From Pocillopora damicornis (lineage: Eukaryota), in contig NW_020846294.1 of NCBI RefSeq assembly GCF_003704095.1, positions 186,001 through 250,000 of the forward strand: 64,000 bases of DNA, in the 5' to 3' direction. The notes below the pieces were generated by a model that was given only the letters and a program-made list of their open reading frames with translations, was not told the DNA's origin and searched no databases. Shown piece by piece: positions 1 to 11,000 of the stretch. Made by a program: the position numbers and the translations under genes. Position 1 is the stretch's first letter; every line of letters begins with the position of its first letter.

Positions 1-540
1 CCTCAATTCTGCATTCGTAAACCTTTCATAGAACGCTTCAACAAAATATCTCAATAGTCTCCTGCTCTCACTTTCTTATGTGTTTTCAGAGACCACATAT
101 TCATCGTTTTGACGACTTTGTATCCTCTAGCGATTTCTCTGGCGTAAGCCAATCAGCTCATTAGATTCTCAAAGCTAGAGGTGTACATGTTTCCAAAATT
201 TTGCACATTTTTGCGTTAACAAAGCATCTCATTACATGGAGGTAAGCTTCCAAATAAATTGATAATGTAAATTGGCTATCATAGAGAGTTTAGATGGCGT
301 TAGCTCTCCGCTTCATCAGACAACGTTCTTAGAGAAAAATAATTGCGTTGTCAACAACTCCTTACCCATTTTCCATATTGACTTTTGATGCTCGTAGTCA
401 AGGACAACATTTACAAGACTGGACAGTCGACAAATCAAGCGTAGACTACAGGAAAGGACACCGAAATTAATTCCTAAAATCAAAGCGGAACCGGACATTC
501 GTTTGAAGGGTGTGGTCCAGTACACCTAAGTATGACTTAC

Positions 541-556
541 ACTTCCTTCCCAACAT
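541..556 (-). CDS. Possible short first coding exon (MLGRK...) of a gene continuing off the left edge
   Basis: aaaATG TTG GGA AGG AAG T followed by a consensus donor gtaagt, downstream of a CpG-rich promoter-like stretch (~640-900). No downstream exon identified in the window. Confidence 0.3.
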
Positions 557-952
557 TTTCAAAGCGTTGAAAGAAGCTCCGTCTAATCTTTTTATTTTCT
601 GCGCTTAATGAAGGACAATGGAAAAGAGGACGTTTGATTCGGACGTTTTATCGTTGTTGTCTACAGACAAGCTCATACGTCACGAAACGCACGTACTTCA
701 AGGAGGAAAAGAGTGAATCAGCTTGATCCTTGCTCGCTCTCGCGCGAGCGGAGGCTCGAGATTACGCCCACTTATCAGAGCGCCTGCTCTATTTGGTAAC
801 CTGAAGCACGAAAAGAAACCCCATCATCTATTTGAAAAGTCGATCCCAGGCTCTAAGCGAAAATAGCTTGCTGAAAGGGCCAGGGCGCTTAGTCCTTAAT
901 GGATATTTATCTCCTATATAATTTTTACAACGTTTTATCCGGATGTGCTATT

Positions 953-3900
953 TCAGTTTGGAAAATAACCCTTTCGATGTACACAGGTAACTGGGTAATG
1001 CCAGTTGTCAAACATCGTTCCTTCAGCTGAGCTGTAATGAAGATCAAAGGTCAGCAGAGATGTGTTTTTAGCTGAGAGCCCAAGGCAAGTGTCAGCGTAC
1101 TTAAAAAAATCCAGAGAACAATTCCAAGTAGACCGGGGCACCGTGTCGATGCGAACCATTTTTTGCTCAAGATTCCCATTGACGCACCATTCGGGTGAGG
1201 TGTCCTCTTTGAAAGACAACCGCACTGGTAACGTTGCCATGGCAACGGTTCCTGTTGACAAAAAAAAATAGAAAATTCATGAATTATTTTAAAGGCACTG
1301 GACTCTGCCAAGATATGATGATAGAAACGTAAAATAAGATTGACTGCCAGCGAGGGAAGATCATTAGAATGCTACAGAGCTTAATGAGTTATGAGGGAAT
1401 CAGCTGAATTTTGTTGTGATACGAACCAAATCCTCTGATCCCCAAATGACCGGTCCGTAAATGTGAGGGGAACTTACGATATACTGGGAAGTAAATCAAA
1501 TTTTGAAATTTTGTTGGGTAGGTGCCGTTGATCTTTTAGAACCCCCTACTATGAAAAATCCAGTCGTGAAAATGCAACCCTAACCAGTGGTACATTCAAT
1601 TTAACTTGAAAAGTAAGTATTCCTCCCCCCCCTCTGGAGATTAGCTCCGGAAGATACGCGAGTCAGTACTTGGGATGCAGACCTTTTAATGACGGATGCA
1701 TCATACTACGTATCTCGTGAAATACATCTCAAACCTCGTCAAAATAATTCTCTGTCACCCCTGGGATCACTATGGAGGGAGGAGTAAAGTGGGTACTCTC
1801 AGAAATAAGCTAAACTTTGAAGCAAGGGTGGAGGAAAATACGTAGTCGCACCGTATTACAAAGCCCAAAATGAATTTTACCTCTGGTGTAAAATCCGCTC
1901 TTGTGAAACCACGTGGAGGCGTGTCCAGACAAAGTAGCGTTGGTGGTGACTGTCTGTCCAATGTGGACACTCAGTTCAACTGGATATGACAAAGACAGTC
2001 GAGGTAGGCTGTAAATAACTGTTATATCAAAGGTGAGTCGAATGGCTCCACACAGACGTTGAAGGTAAAACAGAGGAATGCACATCACCTGGTAGAGTAA
2101 ATGGGCATAACATTAAAGAAACCTTTGTTAGCAAATCTTTGTCGTAAAACCTAAAACAGAACATAGCCCCGGAAGCTAATCAGAGAAATTAAGAGAAAAT
2201 ATCACAAAAGCTTATTAAAACTTGGAGTAAAAACAAGTCTGAATGGTTTAGAGCAAGTTTCAATTGAGTGTCGAAAAACTTAAACCAAAGCAATCACAAC
2301 GACTAATCAGAGTAAAGATTTGAATTATCATTAGCCAATCAGAGATCAAAGCGAAAACAACCAAACCGCTTGGCGCGTTGTAAAGCATCTGAATCTGGTT
2401 GAAAGGATGGCGTGACTTTCCTAGAGCGCTATCACAGCGTGCAGTGAAAGCAAAATCAGTGACTTTTCTGGGCCAATCACTGAGCAAAGTTAAGTAAAAC
2501 TAACGCAATACCGGATTACTTTCAACGCTCAATTGAAAATTTCTCTATAGGCAAGCGCGGGTGACCGAGTCTCATTTTGTTTGAGAGGATGGCGTGACTT
2601 CTCTGGACCAATCACAGCGTGCGTTGAGAACAAAATCACGCAATCCCGAATAACTTTCAAAAGTCAATTGAAATTGCTCTTAGTTTTTTGACTTACGAAG
2701 TCACCGGCATCAACCGTCCATCGACTAGTCTTCTGTTGCCCTTCTCGTGGCAGTTTGCTTCTTAGCGCGCTCAATGTGTGAACTTTACTGAAGGCTGATA
2801 TACGGTACTGTTTCAATGCGATCTGGTAACTAGTGGTTACAGACCAATCCTCGTCGTTGCCATTATCACTGTCATCATCGTTATCACTGTCATTTTCGTC
2901 ATTGGCTTTAACGCTGTAATCAATCTCTGCAAGGAAATCTAACCCAAAGATTGATGAGTGAATGACACGTGGAGGTTCTCGGATAGGAGCTGGGGCAGAG
3001 GAAGTGATTTCGTCCCAGATCTCATCTAATTCGGGTGTGTTCTTTTCTGTTCGTGATTTCCTGGCAGCTTTTTTGATGATCTGCGATCTTCTTGCTGTGA
3101 CAGACCTCTTTCGTTTGACTTCGTAACCGATTCCATATGGTGCGTAATTCGGCTGAGGCCAGTATGGCACATTTTCATCGTCATCGTTATCATTTTCGCT
3201 ATCATCATCATCATCAGTTTCAACACTGTTATCACTAAACTCTTCATCATCGTCATCGTTTTGGTAATCGTTTTCAGCTCCGTCTGATTCATCAGCATTT
3301 ACAGTACTATACTGTTCAATCTTAATCATTGGAGGAAGTTTTGTTGATCTTCCGTGAGAGTTTCTGCTTAATTTTATCAGCTCTTTTATAACCTCTGAGG
3401 GCTTTTTCCGGGGGTTACCCTTCGGCGGTGCAAAATACAATAACACCGATTCCTTAACAGAGGGAAGAGTTAGCAGCTGGTTGAAATCTTTCTCGTTCTC
3501 TAAAATTTCCCTCCAATTTTTCCCTTCCGCTTCAGATTCGTCAACCGATTCCACAGTGCTTCGAAAAGACACCTTTAATCCGTGGATGGGTTTACGCTTG
3601 CGCCCCGATGTAAAATCAGAGCTTATTGGGAGATAAGCAGAGACAGACATATCGCCTCTGTCAACCATCCCAGTTCTCTTGTCAACAACAGTAGTTTCGT
3701 CGTATGAAAGCCTCCATGAAGTCGATCTTCCTTTCTCATCAGCTGAAAAGCTTTCAAAGTCGCCTGGTTCAGCCCGGGTCGTTACAATCACTGTATCACG
3801 TTTTGTCATGATGGTGCGTTTAAGATGAACACGACCTGGTAAAAATACGTTTTTTGTCACAGCAAAATTCGAGGAAGAGCTCGACAGTTTGCTGAGCACA

Positions 3901-4523
3901 AATTCGTAAAGCTTCACTTTGATTATTGGAAGAAGTTGGTTTAAGACATTATAAACATAAAACGAAAGCTCCTGGTTGGTGTCAAGGTGATTTCCGAACA
4001 CTTTAAAATGGTTTTCTGGGCCATCCTGAAAATCGACAAGTTCTGCGTTTGAAACGTGGGTAAGAAATGTAAAGTCTTTGGAGTGAGAGTAAGTTTTTGA
4101 TTCCTTTGGTAAATTAAGAACTACTCCAAACCAACAATCGTCTTCAGTTCTGTTAATGACGTGCATCGAAACAACAATAGACATGCTTGTCGTGGTAGCT
4201 TCGTTGCCATTGATCTTGACTTGCTGGTCGAATTTATAAACTCGTACATTGCCTTCTTCCAAGCGAAGATCGACCGTAAAATGTTTCCAGTTCATTAGAA
4301 AAACCGTCGTTGCCACAGTTGCAAATAAAAGCATCAAGGCCAGGAGACCAAAGAAGAGCTTGGTACAGAGAGGAGTGTGATCTTTCTGAAAATGGACGTT
4401 CGAGAATTCCACTGAATCATTGTCTGTTTGATCAAGCCGACTGTAAGCAAAATCCTTGCGTTTTTTTGAAGATATGAAACCGGAAATTCCGGAACTGAAT
4501 ACTTTTGCTTCGGAAGGATTCAT
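953..4523 (-). CDS. Uncharacterised type II single-pass membrane protein (~778 aa) with Asp-rich acidic tracts and a furin-like site; 3 coding exons
   Basis: Exons 4523-2697, 2088-1881 and 1251-953 join in phase via GT-AG sites (GDF|gtaagt; cag|GTG; AGA G|gtaaaa; cag|GA ACC), ending in TGA at 955-953. The N-tail has YSRL, followed by the hydrophobic segment LFFGLLALMLLFATVATTVFL, two D/E/N-rich tracts, KRKR/S and a Cys-containing beta-rich C-terminus. Confidence 0.85.
2249..2680. mobile_element. MITE-like element plus partial tandem duplicate in intron 1 of the membrane-protein gene
   Basis: Inverted termini tagagcaagtttcaattgag ... ctcaattgaaaatttctcta (2249-2548). The block aggatggcgtgacttt...atcacagcgtgc...caattgaaa is repeated at ~2405 and ~2586. 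Confidence 0.55.
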
Positions 4524-6152
4524 TTTGTGATCGACAAAATATTGGAAGAGCGTCGATCAGATAACAATTATCTTGCTGTTGAATTAATTATTCATGCAGA
4601 GAAACTGGTGGTCTCAAAAAGTTTTCTTAGCTGTGTAAACTGACAATATTCTCGTTTCGAAGTATGAAAATAAAAAAGGATCTGAATTAAGTGTAACCAA
4701 ATAAAATAATTTCACAGAGATAGATATTGACAGACAATGATTGTAAGTAAGTTTGAATTCGTAATTTAGAGTTGATCAATCACCCTCTGACACTGAAGAG
4801 TGATTAGCATCAAATTTCTCCTTACAATATATCTCCTGAACCAGCTAAAGAAGTTCTAGATTGTGAAATAAATTCTCCTTGTAATCGCCTTGGGAAATGT
4901 ACAGGCAACAGTGTAGAGAAAATGCATACTGATGTTTTGGTTTAAACGTTAAGCAATGACCGTGACGGTAGTGGTGATATTCAGATTTCGAAACGTAAAT
5001 TCACCTTACTATATCCACGAATTTTTGTTCACGTTAGTCATCACTTTTCCTGGGAAGCCTCTCTTTGCCACTCTCAAAGATGCTAAAAATACGTACAAAT
5101 TTGAGCTCTGAAGCCTCTTGTTGGACTTGTTGACTTTAGAACTACCGGCAAATGATCAATGCAACATGGATGTTATGACGCAAATCAAAGCCGGGAATTC
5201 CCAAATTTGCATCCAAGGCGGTCAAAATCTCAATGAGTAACGGCAAAGAGAAAGTTATTCCCATCTGTTAATCTAAGAAATCCGCGAAAAAGTTTTCGAA
5301 AATCAGGGATAGTATGTTGTTTTGAGTTGTTTCAGTGGGTCTGTAAGTTAGTTACTTTAGAGCAAAGTCCGCCGTATTATTTGGGGTACCCGGGCTACAT
5401 CACGTTTTATTTCATTTCTTTATTTTTTTTTAAGGGTTACTGAAAATGAAGGGAGTAGTTTCGGAGGTTACAGTACTGACGAGAATTGAAAATGTAGAAA
5501 CTATGTCATGTTCACGTACAATGTCAGACAAGAGTAGGTGAGTATTTCAGTTTAACATGCAACAGTACAGCTGCATTCGTTATTTCTCAATAGGTATCCG
5601 AGTACGACCGACCTACGACTCCAGGTAGCGAGAATTAGTTCACGATTTTTTCTGTTTCCACTGATGTTCTTCTAGAAGGTTACACTTTCTTTAATAGAAA
5701 ATAACATTCTAGTTTGTCATCTCTTGGTTCATACTAGGGCTATGACTGGTCAATTTAGCGGGTAGTACTTCACAGTATTCCAAAGGGAGCTTGCATAGTT
5801 CGTGTTGTTTAGCAGGCTGGTGTAGAGGAAATATATCACGAGCATAGCTCGAAGAAAGATCCTTCAGAACCAAATGAGTTTCTACCCTCACTGGAGTTCA
5901 GATTTCAAATTTCAAAGCAGTAATCAATTCAGTTGCCCACTCAGCTCAGATGAAGTTCAATGACGACCCTGAGCTTCCTTAATGGATATAAAAGACTGGT
6001 GAGAGCGAAAGTGAAGGCAAAAAAGCAGACTAATGAATTATAAGGAAAAAAAAATTTTCCTCCCCCCCACCACATTAAAAATTGCTTGCTAAATAGCAGG
6101 CATAAAGCAAACACAGACAGTGTATGTACAACAAAACATTTATTTTTCAGCT

Positions 6153-7522
6153 TTAATCAGAGGATGTTTTTTTCCCTTGCTGTGCTTTAAGGACACGGAC
6201 AACAATCTTCTGTTCCTCGATAAGGAAAGCCCTGACTATCCTATAAAAAATAAAGGTAAAATCTGATAAGTCAAAAAAATAAAAAAAAATCCTTCTAAAA
6301 CCTTTAACCCCTTAGAGAGTCTAGCATCTAATATCACCCCTGAATCAGACATTAAAGTTACAAAAATAAAGAAAATAATCACCAACTAAAAAACTTTTTG
6401 ATTGTTAGACAAATTCTCCTTGTCAGCACCTTAGAAAATATATGGAGAACAGTATGAAGAAAATGCATACTGATATTAAAGTGTAAAGGGTTAAAGGATT
6501 ATTTTCAGGACCTTCCTGAAGTTCCAGATGTGGATATTACTGTTGATGAAAATGTNNNNNNNNNNNNNNNNNNNNNNNNNNNNNNNNNNNNNNNNNNNNN
6601 NNNNNNNNNNNNNNNNNNNNNNNNNNNNNNNNNNNNNNNNNNNNNNNNNNNNNNNAATTCTCCAAACTAACATCACAAGAACTGTATGGCAGACAGTAAA
6701 GAGAATTACCAAAGAGATCTTGGGAGTCAAAGGGTTAACTGGAAATAAAACCCATGTTCATGCTTCTAAGTAACACCCTCTAAATATCTACTCACTCCTT
6801 GGAGTTTCTTTGGGCAGCCTCCACATCTTGGAACCTTGCCTGGCTTCTTTGTGTACAAGTAAACCAACTTTCCTCCTTAAAAATAAAATTAATTGAACAT
6901 AAATTGGCAAGGATATGGAGAAACAACAGAACAAAAAATGATTCGAGGAAAAAAGAAACAGGTGATTGTGTTGTCTGATTGATATCGCCTTGAAAGGGAA
7001 CGATGGTGGTGTTACAGACGTTTTCAGAACCAAGTGAAATCGATGGGGAATTCTCACCCGGACAATCAGACAACACGATCAAGATGGAACCAAGTATTCT
7101 AATAGCTCTGCAAAATAGATAGAGAGCTGTCAGAGAAACAACTCCCCAAACGGATTGACAATGCAGAGAAACGTCAAGAAAACAATACTTTAAAAAACTG
7201 CTAAAAATACAGACTTCTCAGTTCAGCAGAAAAAATACGACGATCTTTTCGTAATCATCTGAAGACTATGCCACAATTTGCACGAGTTACAAAGGAGATA
7301 AAGATTCAAAACAAACTTACCAGGAGTCTTGGAGCTGCAGATGGCGAAAAAAAAACAAAAAAGAAAAATTAGAATTATGTTCACTGTTCACTTGAGTTTT
7401 AACGGAAGGACAAAATGATCGTAATAAAAGGTAACATTCACTCTTCGCGCAACTCACATCCTTTTCCTGTTGGATTTGGTATTGTAGGAAAGACGACGTC
7501 TATAAGTCAGTCGCTGCACCAT
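6153..7522 (-). CDS. RPL34: 60S ribosomal protein L34 (eL34); one internal exon missing, probably in the assembly gap
   Basis: Exons 7522-7458 (MVQRLTYRRRLSYNTKSNRKR), 7334-7321 (14-nt microexon, ISKTPG), 6875-6796 (GKLVYLYTKKPGKVPRCGGCPKKLQG) and 6240-6153 (IVRAFLIEEQKIVVRVLKAQQGKKTSSD*), with AATAAA at 6144-6139. The exon carrying the RAYGG/second CxxC segment is absent and would fall across the N-run 6556-6655. Confidence 0.96.
6304..6494. mobile_element. piggyBac-like MITE (~190 bp)
   Basis: TTAA|CCC... ...AAAGGG|TTAA termini; internal motifs (aaattctccttgtcagcac, atgcatactgat) shared with many other copies in the window. Confidence 0.7.
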
Positions 7523-7652
7523 CTGGAGCGAAAATAACACAAATGGACACACCAAGCGTTAATCATTTCAGATCACTTCAAATCAATAACAACGGTGTAA
7601 GGATTTTTGAGGATTCAAACGGATTTTGTAAGGTAGACAAATTGTTTCCTAC

Positions 7653-7681
7653 CTTCACTTTGTTGGTGGAGCCGAAGAGAG
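7653..7681 (-). promoter_or_regulatory. RPL34: Non-coding first exon of RPL34 starting with a 5'TOP/TCT pyrimidine tract
   Basis: The minus strand reads CTCTCTTCGGCTCC...GTGAAG|gtagga, and an acceptor cag directly precedes the ATG at 7522. This is typical ribosomal-protein gene architecture. Confidence 0.7.
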
Positions 7682-8048
7682 CGACATAGAGGCGCGCGAT
7701 GCATTTTGGGCAAATGGCAATGTGAACATGCGATCATGATGTACATTCGAAGCACGTGTGTGTGTAAACATGTCGAGTGAAGTCTTTATTTTGCCAATTT
7801 TCGACGTGGTTTTCTTGTCGCCTTTCCACGCGATCAGTGAAAATTTTACAGATCTTTTGTAGCTAAACGTTTCATTTGTTTTTCAGTTACACCAGCAAAG
7901 TATCTTCTCTCGCCTATGCCTCAAAAGTAAGGAACAAGGTATACAACTTCTAAGAGTTAAATTCAGAGGTTTAGAGGAAATTTTATCATTACAAAACGTG
8001 TCACCTACCTGTAATTAAAACAGAAAAGGCCTAAGCATTCAAACTACA

Positions 8049-11000
8049 ATGCAGCATGAAACCGAGAAAATGTGTGAGTTCGAAGGCGACAAAGTCTCAA
8101 ACGAGGAAGAAACGAGAACAGTCAGCATTGATGGAAAGAACTGTCTCGCAGTAATTGCAGAAGCGTATTCCAGCTCAGAGGACGAGACTTCTGCAGACAC
8201 TCGCCTCATTGCAGAAAGCAACATCATTGGCAACAAAATGGACACGAATGACTTCGTGAATGTTAGTGTTAATCTAGGTTCTGTTAGAGAGGAGAGTACA
8301 GCTTTGGAAGAACAAAACAACAGCTTAAATAGGGTTAGCTCGCCTGGGACTGCGCCTCAAAGTAAACTTACCGTAGGGCCTAAAAGTGATGCTTTTATGC
8401 TCTCAGAACCTGGGAGTAATGGATGCTCTCTTGGTTTAAAGGAAAGTGATAGTCAATTAGTTTTGAAGGTTCTGTCTAACAAGGACTACGTCATTGCATC
8501 AAGTGGTGATGATAATATTCCCTTATATCCTAAAAAAGACGACCATGCATTACCACAACCTAAAAGGTGTGAAGACGTCCTTAAAATAAAACCTAAGGAT
8601 AATGAATACACAGTAGATGAGTCTATTGACAGGAGACACACATCTGTTGAGGAACAGGATGGTGGACAGAGCTTTTTAATGAGTAATGATGTTCCATCTA
8701 TAGCAACAGAGAGTGGTGAGCAAACAGTTGCAGAGCCAGATGACATGAGAGATGTAGATACTCCTGAAGAGTCCCAAAGAGATCAGTGCAGAATTTTAGA
8801 GTTAGAACAACATGGTCACTTTGCAACAAACCATGATGGAAATACTTGTCATCAGGTTTACACTATGAGTAGTATTGACAAAGAACTTGAGATTATCTGT
8901 GAGACTGGGAGTACTGTGCAGACAAAAGAACATGCACAGGATCCAACTGCAGTTCAGTCTTTGTCTAGTGATAGTTCCTCAGATGACGAAAGCTCATCAA
9001 GTGAAAGCTCTGAATCCAGCTCTGAGTAAGTGATTGAAATAGTTTCTTTTTTGAGGTGTTACAACCACATGCATTCACTAAATTGTTTTGATGATGTCTT
9101 GTATTGAATAGTTATCTTTTTAGATTTAGGTATATACCAACCTTAATTAGAAAAGCATTTTGATTGGTTCTTCCCTATGATCTATTAGGCGGCAGATGCC
9201 AACACGATGTTGTCATCAAAAGCATTTTACTTTTTTATCATTTAAAACATTGGACAAATTATAACAAATTGATTCAATGTTGCTGTGGGTCTGTGCTGTA
9301 ACAGATCACAGGAGATGTCAAAATATGGAAAGAACATTAATGACCCACTCAGCTGTGCCTTGTGTGCTATATTTTTGTTCTTACCACATTTTTGCTACAT
9401 CTGTGATTTATCACTGAACAGACACAATTGGCAACGTGGGATCTATGCATTAATTGGTTGATAATGGTTTTTCTAAATAAATTTCAAGTGACGATCTAGA
9501 AGACATCAGAAAAGAGATTGAAAAAGAGGAGGATCGTACCTATGTAGGGCCACTGAAAACAAGAAGTGAACTGTCAGTGAAGGTACCTGTACTTAATTTT
9601 TTTTTGAGGACTAAGCTCCTGGCTCAACTCTTTTAATGTCGGAAATTAAGTTTTTTCTGCCAGGAAAAAAGAAAATTAAAAAGATGGGGAGAAAATAAAT
9701 TCAAAGAGATTTCTTATACAATATTACATGTTTTATGCAAATGCCATTCTTTATCAACATGAAATTTTTTCTCATAATATCAAAACGTCATCCAGTAAAA
9801 CAGTGATAAGAATAGATGAGCTTATCAGCTGGAGAGTATAACATTGATCTCAGACCCTATTCTCCAAACTAAGTCAAAGGAAGTTTGTAACAGCTAAAAA
9901 GGAGAATTGCTATCCTGGTCATAGATGTTAACAGTAATGTAATCATTAAATTGAGTACAGTTAAAAATAAATATATTTTCAGGACCTTCCTGAAGTTTCA
10001 GATGTGGATATTACTGTTGATGAAAATGTTCAGCTTGTAGAACTTGGAGTGGTGTTCAGTGTGGTTGAGTCATTAGGTAAGATTTGTTCTTCTTTTTTTT
10101 TCCCTCAAAATTTGACCCTTTAGAGTGTTTAGCATTTAATTTCTCCTTACACTGTCTTTCCTGAATCACACATTAATGTCACAAGATTAAAGTCAATGAT
10201 CACCAACTAAAACTGTTCTTGATCATGAAACAAGAACAGAATGGAGAATATACATACTGATCTTTGGATGTAAAGGGTTAACTAGAAACATTCTGTATTG
10301 ACTGACTTGAGAAATCTAGTATAACATTGCTTTTTTTTTTACTTCATACTGTGAGTGGCTCAGGAAACTCATGACATCCTCTCTACCAATCTGTCAAACA
10401 AAATAGAGAAGCAACATACATTACCAGCAACTTAAGGCCTGTTTCTAGAAAGTCTTAGTAACTTAACCCTTTAATTCCCATGAGTGATCAAGAGTGAATT
10501 TCTCCTTACAATAATAATACAATGTCAAGCAGGTAAGTGATGAGAATAAAGAAAAATATAAATAAGGGGATCACAAGTAGATGCATTACCAAATTCTCCA
10601 AACCAACATCACAACAATTGTATTGTAGACATTATAGGCAAAGAGACTGATGATGTTTAATTCTCTACAAGGCATTCCAGTTCTTCTTCATAATTTTTGA
10701 CCTTCACTGCAGCTCTTTTATTCTTTTAGTGGTAGTAAAAGCCTTACCACAAACTTCAGCTTTGGATTCAGACAGTGCTCTTTTCTTGGAGAACAGATCC
10801 TGTCTTGGTGTGGTATGTATAGTGAAGATGAAGTCTTGTTGGAAGTGTATCCTAATAAGGGATTGTTTCAAAATGGTAGTTAATGTAAAAGAGTTGTAAC
10901 CAGTATTGGAAGAGTTCAAATGGTCACATAACCTGCACCTCGCTAATACCTGCAGCAACAATTGCAATTAACAGATTAAATGCTGGAAATCAGCCCAGAA

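Noticed and set aside
6788-7082. ORF-track 89-aa and 96-aa minus ORFs
   Set aside because: They span RPL34 intron sequence and overlap the real exon 6875-6796 in other frames; no protein features.
6153-7522. RPL34 (and ACSL) as pseudogenes because exons are missing
   Set aside because: The missing exons coincide with 100-N assembly gaps; all visible exons and splice sites are intact.
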